Assembly (NCBI GenBank): GCA_030828385.1
Contig: JAURCS010000008.1
Span: 8,008-72,007, forward strand
Source of the DNA: Gammaproteobacteria bacterium
Lineage (GTDB): Bacteria; Pseudomonadota; Gammaproteobacteria; Pseudomonadales; Pseudohongiellaceae
DNA: 64,000 nucleotides
Reading direction: 5' to 3'
Shown: one piece after another, positions 28,238 to 38,128 of the stretch
Layout of the letters: every line of letters starts with the position of its first letter
Numbering within the stretch: position 1 is the stretch's first letter
Position numbers and translations under genes: made by a program
The notes under the pieces: model-generated
What the model was told of the DNA's origin: nothing
What the model saw: only the letters and a program-made list of their open reading frames with translations
Databases searched by the model: none

Positions 28238-29893
28238 TTACTCAGGTAATGCAAATACAAATAGACCTGCGCCTGCCGAAACGGCAATATACTGGCGCCC
28301 ATCAATCTGGTAACTCATTGGACCAGAAGCGATCTGCCCACCCAGAGTTTGACGCCATAATTCTTCACCTGTCTCAGCATCCAGACCATAGAAGTGACCT
28401 TCCCTGCCACCGGCAAACACCAGATTGCTCGCGGTGCTGAGCACACCACTGTCTGTCACATTATTCATTACGTGACGCCAGACCACTTCTCCGTTTTGCG
28501 GATTGATAGCCTGTATAGCACCCAGACCTTCTTCCGGCGTACGCTGGTTCACCGCATTCACGCCCAGCGCTGGCATGGCCATCGTGGGGAATGCCCCGAC
28601 ATACTGCTGTCCCGGGGTGTAATCCACAGGACGCTTGGTATATACCGAGAAAGTATCGAGCCAGGTAGGCACATAAAACAGTTCTGTTACCGGCGAGTAG
28701 GAAGGTGGATACCAGTTGGTCGCGCCCTGATTGTTAGGCATGATAAAGGTCCCTTCTTCAGAAGGGTAAAGGGCACGTATCGGACGTCCAGCTTCATCAA
28801 ATCCGCTCAACCAGTTTACCGAGACAAAGGGTTCGCCCATTAGAAACTCGCCACTTTCGCGGTCAAGCACATAAAACACGCCATTTCGATTTGCCCACAA
28901 CATGACCTTGCGCTCTTCACCCTGCCAGTTCATATCCACCAGCACGGCAGCCTGGGTAGCGTCGTAGTCCATTTCATCATGGGGAGTAAACTGATAATGC
29001 CAGGCCAGCTCACCAGTATCAGGATTCAGGGCGACAACAGATTCGGTATACAGGTTATCTCCAGGTCTTGAATCGCCGTTCCAGTCAGGCCCCGGATTAC
29101 CCACGCCCCAGTAGGTAAGATTCAATTCAGCATCGTAGGACCCGGTTTGCCAGATTGATCCACCTCCGGTTTTCCAGGCTTCCTGTTCCGGGTCTTCCCA
29201 GGACTCAAAACCGGGTTCGCCGGGACCGGGCACGGTATGGAAACGCCAGAGCTCTTCACCTGTATTAACATCATAGGCAGCAATAAAACCCCGTATGCCG
29301 TATTCACCACCGGCAGGGCCGACAATGACTTTGTCACCAATAATCAGGGGCGCCAACGTCAGCGCATAACCCAGTTCAGGGGGCGCCACATCAATAATCC
29401 ATTCAGGCTCCCCTTTACGGGCATCCAGCTTCACCAGTTTGCCATCGATGGTTCCCATAAACAGACTGTTGCCATGCATGGCCAGACCACGATTTACCCG
29501 TCCACAACAAAGGCGTGCATCCAGCGAAGGGGTATAGTTATAGATCCAGAACAAACGACCGCTAACAGGATCAATGGCAACTACATTATTGGGCGCTGCC
29601 ACCGTATACATGACGCCGTCGACAACCAGCGGCGTTGCCTCAAATTTCTGTGAAGCACCATCAGGGGCGCGGTTTTGCCAGACCCATTTCAACTCAAGCT
29701 GATCGACATTGTCGCGCGTGATCTGGTCAAGATCAGTATGGCGCTGACTATCATAGTCACCGCCGTAAAGCAGCCAGCTTTCTGGTTCCTGCTCAGCATT
29801 CAACAATCTTTCCGGGCTTACCTGCGCACCTACCAACTGACTGGCAGTGGATAAAAGACATGCTAATACGAATGGTTTGATTAAATTTCTCAT
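28238..29893 (-). CDS. PQQ-dependent dehydrogenase, methanol/ethanol family, with a lanthanide-type D-Y-D motif
   Basis: 551 aa with a signal peptide. It has vicinal cysteines LCCGRVNRG, GGEYGIRGF, GVGNPGPDWN and the active-site stretch TPHDEMDYDATQ. Confidence 0.85.
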   Translation of the reverse strand: MRNLIKPFVLACLLSTASQLVGAQVSPERLLNAEQEPESWLLYGGDYDSQRHTDLDQITRDNVDQLELKWVWQNRAPDGASQKFEATPLVVDGVMYTVAAPNNVVAIDPVSGRLFWIYNYTPSLDARLCCGRVNRGLAMHGNSLFMGTIDGKLVKLDARKGEPEWIIDVAPPELGYALTLAPLIIGDKVIVGPAGGEYGIRGFIAAYDVNTGEELWRFHTVPGPGEPGFESWEDPEQEAWKTGGGSIWQTGSYDAELNLTYWGVGNPGPDWNGDSRPGDNLYTESVVALNPDTGELAWHYQFTPHDEMDYDATQAAVLVDMNWQGEERKVMLWANRNGVFYVLDRESGEFLMGEPFVSVNWLSGFDEAGRPIRALYPSEEGTFIMPNNQGATNWYPPSYSPVTELFYVPTWLDTFSVYTKRPVDYTPGQQYVGAFPTMAMPALGVNAVNQRTPEEGLGAIQAINPQNGEVVWRHVMNNVTDSGVLSTASNLVFAGGREGHFYGLDAETGEELWRQTLGGQIASGPMSYQIDGRQYIAVSAGAGLFVFALPE

Positions 29894-30687
29894 TCTGCGT
29901 CCCCTTTTAAGGAAATCATATAGGCAACAAGGTCAGCGACTTCGTCGGGCGAAAGCACATCAAGATAGGACGGCATCGGTGAAGGAATAAAACCATGGGA
30001 TTCCAGGTTATCCTTATTGTAAGCCGCCAGACGCTCATTTTCATTGAGCAACTGTACCGAGTGGGTATCCTGATTTAACAGCAGGCCACGGATAGTCGTG
30101 CCCTGCCTGTCGGTCACCTGGTAAAAACGCTGGCCAGCGCGCACCTCAGCCATCGGATCAATCATTGATTGCTCCAGTGTGCCAGGGGTACGCGTTGCTC
30201 CCACATTACCCAGATCGGGACTCAGCAAGTTGCCGCCGCCATTAACCCCGTGGCAGGTACTGCATTGGGTTTGCTGTGAAAAAAACAGGGCTTCGCCTCT
30301 GCTGGCATCACCGATGCGTACTTCCCTTTCATCCGCCACCAACGCTCCACCACCAGGCAAGGCGCGCAGAAAGGCCACAATGGCACGGGTATCACCATAG
30401 GAAAGGTTGGTTTTGGGGATCATCAAGGTGTTGGGAATTCCTTCACGAATAAGCCGTATCAGATCTTCGTCTGAACTTGCCCGCCGAAAGCGCCCGGTAC
30501 TGAGATTGGCACCCTCCACGGCATCGGCATTGTTACCGTGACATCCCAGGCAATTGGCCTGATACAGACCGCGTCCGTTTTCGATATCACTGGGCGCATA
30601 ACTGTGTTCCTGCGCAGATAAGCCGCAAGGCACAAGAATCAAGGCGCAGGGAATGCACCTGAGTAAAAACGTTGAAAACCTGTTCAT
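29890..30687 (-). CDS. Periplasmic di-haem c-type cytochrome
   Basis: 265 aa with a signal peptide and two CxxCH motifs (CLGCH, CSTCH). The stop overlaps the start of the PQQ dehydrogenase by 4 nt. Confidence 0.8.
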   Translation of the reverse strand: MNRFSTFLLRCIPCALILVPCGLSAQEHSYAPSDIENGRGLYQANCLGCHGNNADAVEGANLSTGRFRRASSDEDLIRLIREGIPNTLMIPKTNLSYGDTRAIVAFLRALPGGGALVADEREVRIGDASRGEALFFSQQTQCSTCHGVNGGGNLLSPDLGNVGATRTPGTLEQSMIDPMAEVRAGQRFYQVTDRQGTTIRGLLLNQDTHSVQLLNENERLAAYNKDNLESHGFIPSPMPSYLDVLSPDEVADLVAYMISLKGDAE

Positions 30688-30850
30688 GGATCTAACTTCC
30701 CCTTTAATAATTCATCCAATGTAGACTAAATGTAAAACCTGATAAGAACAAACCTTAATCCGGATTTTAATCTCCCGGTTTCTTGCTCTGCTTATCTTTT
30801 CTCTTTCTCTCTTTTATCTTTTTCTTTTATCTCACATCAGGCAAGTATAA

Positions 30851-32110
30851 CTACTTCCCCTGATCGTACAATTTACGCACTTCCCGCGTAATGATCTCGA
30901 CCCCTTTTTTAACCATGCTTTTATCCTGTGCATAGGAGATACGAATACATTCATTGGCATGCTGCCATGGCTGCTGCAATCCAGCAAAGGAATCATGACC
31001 GGGAATAACCAGTACGCCGGCCTGCTTCAGAATTTCATAAAGCCTGACCGAGGATACCGGTAAATCCTTGAACCATAACCAGAGAAAAATTGCGCCTTCC
31101 GGTTTATGAACATACATAGGCAGATCATCCATGGATTCAATAAACCAATCCATGGTTGTAAAAGCGCGCTCACGATAATACGGCATGATGATATTCTTGC
31201 TGAGCTCAAGCACCTCCCGATTCTGAAATAGTCTTCCGGCAATAGCCGGGCCAACATTACCGCATGCCAGATTGAGAATGGTATTGGCATTCGCATAGGC
31301 CTGAATGATCTCTTCATTCGCCACGATAAATCCGGTACGCACACCTGGCAGCCCAAGCTTGGATAAACTAAGCAGTAATATGGTGCTCTCACTCCAGTGC
31401 GGACTGACTTCATCAAAAATAATGTTCGGGAAAGGAGTGCCGTATGCACCATCAATAATTAGTGGAATGTCATTCTCACCGGCAATAGCATCCAGCTGCC
31501 TGATTTCATCATCAGTTAATACATTGCCCGTGGGGTTGGTGGGCCTGGAAACACAAAACGCAGCGGTCCTGTCGGTAACTTTCATGTTTTCGAAATCCAC
31601 CCGATACTTGAAAACATGCTCATCCAGTATTTCGATGGTCGGACGCGTAGCCGTAAAGAAATCAGCTTCCAGTCCGGCATCGGTATAACCGAGGTATTCC
31701 GGCACCAGAGGAAACTGTATCTGTTTCATGGAGCCATCGGGGAAACGGCCAGCCAGCAAATTGGAAAGCACATAAAATGCGGATTGGCCGCCGTTACTGA
31801 TGGCTATATTTTTCTCTGCCAGTGGCCAGCCATATTCATCGCGTAATAATTTAGCGAGCTGTTTAAGCAGCACTTCATCACCCTGGGGCGACTGGTATTT
31901 GCCCAGGATATTGTAGGCACCATCCGGTGTTTCCAGCAGCTCGACCAGATGGTTTTTATACAAAGCTTCTACTTCCGGTAGTCGGCCTGGATTTCCCCCG
32001 CCCATGGAAATCATGTCGGGCCTGGTGTGCAATGCCTCACCCAGATCCGCCATCAAATCGACAATACCGGACTGTCCGGTGTATTTTTCACCAAATATTG
32101 AAAGCTTCAT
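30851..32110 (-). CDS. avtA: Valine-pyruvate aminotransferase
   Basis: 419 aa from ATG 32110. MKLSIFGEKYTGQSGIVDLM..., VSRPTNPTGNVLTDDE, LSLSKLGLPGVRTG and HKPEGAIFLWLWFKDLP run parallel to E. coli AvtA. Confidence 0.85.
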   Translation of the reverse strand: MKLSIFGEKYTGQSGIVDLMADLGEALHTRPDMISMGGGNPGRLPEVEALYKNHLVELLETPDGAYNILGKYQSPQGDEVLLKQLAKLLRDEYGWPLAEKNIAISNGGQSAFYVLSNLLAGRFPDGSMKQIQFPLVPEYLGYTDAGLEADFFTATRPTIEILDEHVFKYRVDFENMKVTDRTAAFCVSRPTNPTGNVLTDDEIRQLDAIAGENDIPLIIDGAYGTPFPNIIFDEVSPHWSESTILLLSLSKLGLPGVRTGFIVANEEIIQAYANANTILNLACGNVGPAIAGRLFQNREVLELSKNIIMPYYRERAFTTMDWFIESMDDLPMYVHKPEGAIFLWLWFKDLPVSSVRLYEILKQAGVLVIPGHDSFAGLQQPWQHANECIRISYAQDKSMVKKGVEIITREVRKLYDQGK

Positions 32111-32141
32111 ATATTTCTTTGTCTTACTGAAAGAAGGTCGC

Positions 32142-34247
32142 CTATTCCGGCAGGGCAAACACGTACAGGGCATTTCCGGTATTCGGATAATGTATCTCCG
32201 GCGTTAGCCTGGAAGGCACAATACGCGGACTCCCCCCACCCAGTCCAGTGGACATGGCAACGAATTGCCTGCCATTGACGCTGAAGGTAATGGGAAATCC
32301 CTGCACAGAGGTACCAAGACGAGTTTCCCATAATATTTCACCGGTCTCCACATCAAAGGCCCGAAAGCGTCGATCCAGGTCCCCGGCAAATGCCAGATTA
32401 CCCGCGGTACTCAGGACACCGGTCAGAAATGAGGCAGGCTGCTGTACCGACCACAGCTCTTCCATGGTGCGCACATCATAAGCAGCAAGTTTACCGACAT
32501 TACCATCGGTACCCGGCATCGGAAACCAGTCACGGTTTACCGCGGCGCCACCACCGCCCTGTACGAAATCAATTTCGGTGGCACGCTGACGCAGACAGCT
32601 TTGACTAAGCGGAATGATCAATCTGGCTGCGCCCGGGTGATAACTCATGGCATGCCAGTTTTTACCACCGGCGGATGACGGGCAGACTTCCAGCCAGTCA
32701 CCCAGACCTGATTCAATAACATCAGCACGGTACTGGGGACGCCCGGTTTCCGGATCAAAATAATCAAAGGTAGTTTGTAAAACCGTTTCCTTATGACTGA
32801 TATAGTCGCCTGTCTCGCGGTTGAGCTTCCACAAAATGCCATGCTTGCCGATCGAAAAGACCACTTTCTCACCATCAATATCCACCAACATGCGTTCAAA
32901 CACTTCATCCAGGTCAAAAACTTCGCCGGGCACATGCTGGTAATACCAGACCAGTTCACCGGTATCTGCGTCCAGTGCCAGTGTTGAGTTGGAATAAAGC
33001 GCATCATCAAATACTGTCATGCCACGACTGACTGGCATCCAGGGTTTTGGCTGGGACACCCCGACATAAACCATGTCCAGTTCAGCATCATAGGTTGGGG
33101 TAATCCAGGGATCATTACCGGCACGGAACATGTCATCAATGCCCCCCCAGGTATCTCCGCCGGCAGTCCCGTCCCGGGCAATGGTTTCAAATTTCCATAA
33201 AAAGCTGCCGTCATCGACATCCCAGGCACTGATATAACATTTCTCGGCGCGGAATCTCAGGCAGTTACCCATACCGGTAAATACTTTACCGTCGGCAACC
33301 AGTGGTCCGCTGGAATTACCAAAGCCTTCTCCTATGAGGGCTTCCCACATCAGTTCACCATCCACTGCCTTCAGCGCGACAATGCGGGCATCAGGTGTAT
33401 TTACAACCAGCTTGTCTTCATAGATGGCCATACCGCGCATGGTGCCGGTACGACCACCAAGACTATGCTCCCAGATAAGATCGCCTGACGCTGCCTCCAA
33501 TGCCTGGACCTTATTGCCCGGATTAAAGATATACATAATGCCGTCATGGACAACCGGAGACAGCTGACTCGCGCCCTCATTCCCCAATGCCCAGACCCAC
33601 TGTAATTGCAGGCCTTGTACTGTTTCCTGGTTAATCTGGTCCAGCTCGCTGTGACTCCAGGCCTGTTGATTACCACGATGAATAAGCCAGTCAGCAGGAT
33701 CCGGATTGCGCAGCATTGCTTCAGTAACGGGCCGATAATCGGGAACAGTACCGGCAATGGTGACGCCGGTGGGGCCTTCATTCTCTGACCCGGCAAGCGG
33801 CATGGAAAAATTCTGTGGCGCCCCCTCAGTGGTGAACTGACTGACCGTGGCGGCGGAATTGAATTGTAAGGGGGCCTCACCAACCTCTCCCCCATTCGCC
33901 GAAAGAATGAAGGCAGCCAGATCGACATAGGTTTGTTGCGATAAGCCACCTACGTTGGTCGGCGGCATCGCTGAGCGCATGGTATCGACCAGTTCTGTTA
34001 CCGTACGATTATTCCAGACACTGGTAAACGCCGGTCCACGCAATGCCGCAATGGGACCATTACCTGCCAGATCATTCTGATGGCAACCTTCTGAACAATT
34101 GGCCTGATATGCCGCCAGTCCGGCCGCCATCTGTTCTTCGGTAAAGCTGGCTTCAGAGGCAATAGCTACTTCTGCATCCTGCTGGCCATATACCATTCCA
34201 GCCAACAGCAACCCTGCAATCCCCCCAGCAATAGTGTGTTTCCCCAT
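32142..34247 (-). CDS. Quinohaemoprotein: N-terminal cytochrome c domain fused to a PQQ beta-propeller dehydrogenase (paralog of 11794..13848)
   Basis: ATG 34247 (AGGTGG upstream) is preferred to the tracked TTG at 34271. The haem motif is CSEGCH with AMPP. The propeller signature is [21 protein letters not shown]. The active-site region is [13 protein letters not shown]. Confidence 0.8.
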   Translation of the reverse strand: MGKHTIAGGIAGLLLAGMVYGQQDAEVAIASEASFTEEQMAAGLAAYQANCSEGCHQNDLAGNGPIAALRGPAFTSVWNNRTVTELVDTMRSAMPPTNVGGLSQQTYVDLAAFILSANGGEVGEAPLQFNSAATVSQFTTEGAPQNFSMPLAGSENEGPTGVTIAGTVPDYRPVTEAMLRNPDPADWLIHRGNQQAWSHSELDQINQETVQGLQLQWVWALGNEGASQLSPVVHDGIMYIFNPGNKVQALEAASGDLIWEHSLGGRTGTMRGMAIYEDKLVVNTPDARIVALKAVDGELMWEALIGEGFGNSSGPLVADGKVFTGMGNCLRFRAEKCYISAWDVDDGSFLWKFETIARDGTAGGDTWGGIDDMFRAGNDPWITPTYDAELDMVYVGVSQPKPWMPVSRGMTVFDDALYSNSTLALDADTGELVWYYQHVPGEVFDLDEVFERMLVDIDGEKVVFSIGKHGILWKLNRETGDYISHKETVLQTTFDYFDPETGRPQYRADVIESGLGDWLEVCPSSAGGKNWHAMSYHPGAARLIIPLSQSCLRQRATEIDFVQGGGGAAVNRDWFPMPGTDGNVGKLAAYDVRTMEELWSVQQPASFLTGVLSTAGNLAFAGDLDRRFRAFDVETGEILWETRLGTSVQGFPITFSVNGRQFVAMSTGLGGGSPRIVPSRLTPEIHYPNTGNALYVFALPE

Positions 34248-34403
34248 AATTCTACCCACCTGTTTATGCAAATTATTATTGGCAGCTTTAGCCGCTTCGT
34301 TATTTATTTTGTTTTTTCTAACTTTTATCTCAATCCTTTATCCATGTATCGATCATGTTTAATTTGGCTTTTTTCATAAATCCCTTAAGCCATCAGGCTA
34401 ACA

Positions 34404-34898
34404 TCAAAGCATCCCCGGATTAAGCTGCCAGACAGAATAGTTTAGTCCGCTAGCAAAACTGACCCATAACAAATAGGGAATAAGAAGCGCGCCTGCCAGA
34501 ACATTGCTTCGCCAGAAATAGACAATGGTGGCAACAATGAGCAACCAAAGTATCAGGATATCTACCAATGCCAGAGCCCCGAGACGCCAGGCAAAGAAAA
34601 GCCAGCTCCAAAAAGAATTAACAAGCAGTTGAGCGAAAAAAAAGCCAAGCGCCTTTCGATTACCGGGGAAGCCACCGCCGCGCCACACCAACCAGGCGGC
34701 AATCGCCATCATCGCATAGAGAACGCTCCATACTGGCCCAAACACCCAGCCCGGTGGAGCCCATAACGGCTGGCTTAGCTGCCCATAGAACGATTGCGCC
34801 TGAATGGACGCTATTGCTCCGACAGACGACGCAGCAAAGCACAAGCCGAGCCAACCCAATAGTCCAAGGATCTGTTGCCGTTTTGTTATTGTGCTCAT
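34404..34898 (-). CDS. tspO: TspO/MBR tryptophan-rich sensory protein
   Basis: 164 aa with five TM segments. Signature LWAPPGWVFGPVWSVLYAMMAIAAWLVW. Confidence 0.85.
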   Translation of the reverse strand: MSTITKRQQILGLLGWLGLCFAASSVGAIASIQAQSFYGQLSQPLWAPPGWVFGPVWSVLYAMMAIAAWLVWRGGGFPGNRKALGFFFAQLLVNSFWSWLFFAWRLGALALVDILILWLLIVATIVYFWRSNVLAGALLIPYLLWVSFASGLNYSVWQLNPGML

Positions 34899-34992
34899 TT
34901 CGGATTCCGGTTAATCCCTGATAATGGGAAGTAGGTGCAACAGGCCATAGCAAAATAGTAATGCCGATTTTTAAACAACGCTAATCCGGAGC

Positions 34993-36714
34993 TTAGGCCG
35001 TTATCTCGTCCCATTCCTCCACCAGATGATGGGCTGTACGCCAGGCCAGCGCTTGAATGGTCTGAGTAGGATTTCTCGCTCCTGCCGTGCACATAACCGA
35101 CCCACCAAGTATGCCAAGATTTTTGGCTTCAAATGAAAACCCCCAGGGATCGCAGACACTGGTGTCAGGGTTCGTTCCCATTCGAGTTCCACCATGGGCA
35201 TGAGTAGACAGTGCAGGCCCTCTGCCACCGCCTGTGTTTACTATCTCTGAAGCGCCGGCAGCACGAAACCAGGCTTCCATTTTATTGGCCGCATGAGCCG
35301 CGGCCATAGGTTCGTTTTGCTTGCTACCATTAGTGACTCTCAATACCGGATCACCATAGGGATCTTTCACATTGGGATCGAGGTCAGCCCAGGTATGGTG
35401 ATAGGGAAAGGTATTGGTCTGTATATAAGCGGTCTGGGTGCGTCCGGCATTTTTCTTTATAAATTCTTTCCATTGAGAGCCCCAGCGCCTGTTCACCTTG
35501 CCGAAGGTACCCATTGCCGCAGCACCAATCGGATGCTTCTCCGTATAAACATGCAGACTGGCCCCACCAATAAAACCCAGACCACTATGATCGAAATTGT
35601 CATCGGCCCAGTCATCCACCATCACCCCCTGGGCAATAGCGCCGTACCAGATATTAAGATCAAAGGGGAACAAGGCCGTCACCAGCGTGCCACCCTGAAT
35701 ATCCCAGTGACCAAAATAATGTTTGCCTACCTGACCACGGTTATTACCAAGACCATTGGGATAATAAGCCGAGGTGGATAATAAAAGTGTTCGAATATTT
35801 TCATAGGTATAACAGCCCAGCAACACCGCTCTGGCTGGTTGGAAAAACTCCTCCCCATCTCGCAAATAAGTGACACCCGTTACCTTTCCGGCATTGTCTA
35901 CGTTAATACGACGCACATTGGCATTATCCCGAATCTCAAGATTACCGGTGGCCTGTGCCTTGGGAATGGTTGAAACATCCGTTGAGTTCTTTGCCCGCAC
36001 ATGACAACCGCCACGATCACAGTAGCCATGATACTGACAGCCGGGGCGACCATCATAAGGCCGGGAATTGATCGCTGCCGGACCATGATAAGGATGATAG
36101 CCCACTGACTGCCCTGCTTCATACATATGATCAAGAAAGTCACATGAACGTAGTGGTGGCATTGGATAATCACGCTGCCGCGGACCTTCAAAAATATTCC
36201 CCTCGGGATTAATCTGCCCCTGAATATTACCGGCTTTCCCGCTCACCCCCACTTCATATTCCACGTTGTCATAAAAGGGCTCCATATCAGCGTAGGATAC
36301 CGGCCAGTCTTCCAGTGTCGTGTCTTGTGGAATATAGTCAGCGCCGTAACGCTCCAGGGTGGCACTACGCACTTTGAAATCCCATGGATTCAAACGCCAG
36401 CTCTGGGCATGATAATGAATTGAAGTGCCACCCACCGCATTCATCATTGGATGCCGCGTTTGCTGTACTGCGGTGGCCGTCGGCGAATTACGCACGGTAG
36501 GAATCTCTCCGGCGACCTTGTTGCCGGTCGTTACCAGGGATCTCACATTGTTATGAATTTCATCGGCCTTGTAGTCGCGCCCGGGATTCATCCAGGTACC
36601 GGCTTCCAGACCAACCACGTTCAGGCCTGCCCGGGTAAGTGGTAACACGGCTACACCACCGGCTGCACCCAGACCCACCACGACAACATCAATTTCTGCA
36701 AGATTAGTGGCCAT
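34993..36714 (-). CDS. GMC-family FAD oxidoreductase (large subunit of a gluconate-2-dehydrogenase-like enzyme)
   Basis: 573 aa. N-terminal FAD fold IDVVVVGLGAAGG. The C-terminal GMC block is HAHGGTRMG. Confidence 0.8.
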   Translation of the reverse strand: MATNLAEIDVVVVGLGAAGGVAVLPLTRAGLNVVGLEAGTWMNPGRDYKADEIHNNVRSLVTTGNKVAGEIPTVRNSPTATAVQQTRHPMMNAVGGTSIHYHAQSWRLNPWDFKVRSATLERYGADYIPQDTTLEDWPVSYADMEPFYDNVEYEVGVSGKAGNIQGQINPEGNIFEGPRQRDYPMPPLRSCDFLDHMYEAGQSVGYHPYHGPAAINSRPYDGRPGCQYHGYCDRGGCHVRAKNSTDVSTIPKAQATGNLEIRDNANVRRINVDNAGKVTGVTYLRDGEEFFQPARAVLLGCYTYENIRTLLLSTSAYYPNGLGNNRGQVGKHYFGHWDIQGGTLVTALFPFDLNIWYGAIAQGVMVDDWADDNFDHSGLGFIGGASLHVYTEKHPIGAAAMGTFGKVNRRWGSQWKEFIKKNAGRTQTAYIQTNTFPYHHTWADLDPNVKDPYGDPVLRVTNGSKQNEPMAAAHAANKMEAWFRAAGASEIVNTGGGRGPALSTHAHGGTRMGTNPDTSVCDPWGFSFEAKNLGILGGSVMCTAGARNPTQTIQALAWRTAHHLVEEWDEITA

Positions 36715-36716
36715 TT

Positions 36717-37340
36717 CTATTCTCCATCATAATCACTGCCATAAGCCGATGTGTGCAATGGAGGAAGTCTTCCGCCCATTTGCTGCATCTGCGCAGTACT
36801 GGACATAACCGCCCCGGGATAACCAATCAGATCCCAGCCAATATAACCTTGGTTTCCTCCGTAATAGGGATCGCTGAACATGCCTTCCAGCGTAAGGCGG
36901 TGCAGACGTGAAAAAATTACTGCAGAATTTTCAAAAGCATCGATCTTGCCATCTTCCATATCCCGCAACAGTGCATCCTTGTTGTTATCGCTGAGTAATT
37001 GAAAATCCAGGTCATAGCGATTACGCGCAGCGCTGGTCAAGGCAAACAATCCGGTTGTCAGTACCTCAAGCTCTTCTGCGTTCCAGCTGGCAAGGGAATT
37101 TTCAATGTAATAAGGCACGCCGGCGGCCACTGCACCGGGCCCATTGGCATCAGCTGGAATAATACGGTCAGTAAATGCTTCAAGTATCAGCCAGGCCTCA
37201 CGGGAAAGGAGCTTCTGCGGTGCAGATACTGGCGTAGTACAGGACGTCAATGGAATCAGTGAAACAGACGTTGCAGAAACTGCAGACTGCAGAACCTTAC
37301 GTCTGCTAATATCGCGACCGGAAGATGATTTCTCGCTCAT
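36717..37340 (-). CDS. Gluconate 2-dehydrogenase subunit-3-family protein (Tat-exported small subunit)
   Basis: 207 aa. Twin-arginine leader SRRKVLQSAV. The conserved tail is FSDPYYGGNQGYIGWDLIGYPG. It ends 2 nt before the GMC gene start. Confidence 0.75.
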   Translation of the reverse strand: MSEKSSSGRDISRRKVLQSAVSATSVSLIPLTSCTTPVSAPQKLLSREAWLILEAFTDRIIPADANGPGAVAAGVPYYIENSLASWNAEELEVLTTGLFALTSAARNRYDLDFQLLSDNNKDALLRDMEDGKIDAFENSAVIFSRLHRLTLEGMFSDPYYGGNQGYIGWDLIGYPGAVMSSTAQMQQMGGRLPPLHTSAYGSDYDGE

Positions 37341-37480
37341 GGGAACCCCCTTTCAATTCCTATTTGTAAGTTATCACATTCCCGGCGAAAGCGTATATGA
37401 AAGGGATGTTCAGAAAGTCAATTTATGACTACAGATAGAGCGTATCAATAAACAGCAAAGTTACATTTAAATTCGCGTAA

Positions 37481-37891
37481 TTAACGCCCGTATCCCAAAG
37501 TATTTATTCTTGTCACCCTGCCATCAGTAAAAATAACTTCACGCATAAAATAACGTGGTCCAAAGTTATAGGTCCAGGTTTCTACCGGGACTTCAATCAC
37601 TGAACGGTTATGGATAAGGAGTTCATCGTTCGAGATACCTGAATAGCCGGAATAGAAATTATGCCCTGGTGATAGGGAACGAAAACGGCTACGAGGAATT
37701 CCAGAGCGATAAATAGTCTTTCGCGTCGAGATAACAGGCTCACCACAACTGGCCAGCACTTCGCCCTGATGATCACCCCGGGTAATCAGACTTCGATCAC
37801 AACGCATGGTGTCAGCTTGAGCGGCCATGGGAAATAGCAGAAAAGCCGAAATAGTCACTACTGTCGCGACAATGGGAAGTTGTTTAAACAT
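37481..37891 (-). CDS. Secreted DUF2845-like protein
   Basis: ATG 37891 has AGGAGG 7 nt upstream. After the signal peptide come MRCDRSLITRGDHQGEVLASCGEP and ...WTYNFGPRYF...FTDGRVTRI. Confidence 0.6.
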   Translation of the reverse strand: MFKQLPIVATVVTISAFLLFPMAAQADTMRCDRSLITRGDHQGEVLASCGEPVISTRKTIYRSGIPRSRFRSLSPGHNFYSGYSGISNDELLIHNRSVIEVPVETWTYNFGPRYFMREVIFTDGRVTRINTLGYGR

Positions 37892-38100
37892 GACAATCGC
37901 CTCCTGATTTTCATCATATAAACCAGAAGATGAATTTGAACTGAACACCCGTCCGGAAGAGAAACGAGAGGCTGACCGTAGCCGTCATGTAGGATGGCGG
38001 CCTTCCAGGCCTTATCCGACTTACTTCCCCAAGCCCTTTAACCAGTGACCTGCATTCCATTAGTCACCTTTTTCCTTTTTCTTTTATCCTTTATCTTGTC

Positions 38101-38128
38101 TTTTGCGACTTGTAACTTGCGACTTTCT
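38101..38128. repeat. Heptanucleotide tandem repeat (ACTTGYR family), short copy
   Basis: TTTTGCG ACTTGTA ACTTGCG ACTTTCT. The same units occur at 55047..55095. It abuts the oadB stop codon. Confidence 0.8.

Noticed and set aside
37985-38020. A REP-like imperfect hairpin (GGATGGCGGCCTTCCAGGCCTTATCC) resembling enterobacterial REP ends
   Set aside because: There is only one copy in the window, the stem is short and interrupted, and no U-tract follows. That is not enough to call a REP family or a terminator.
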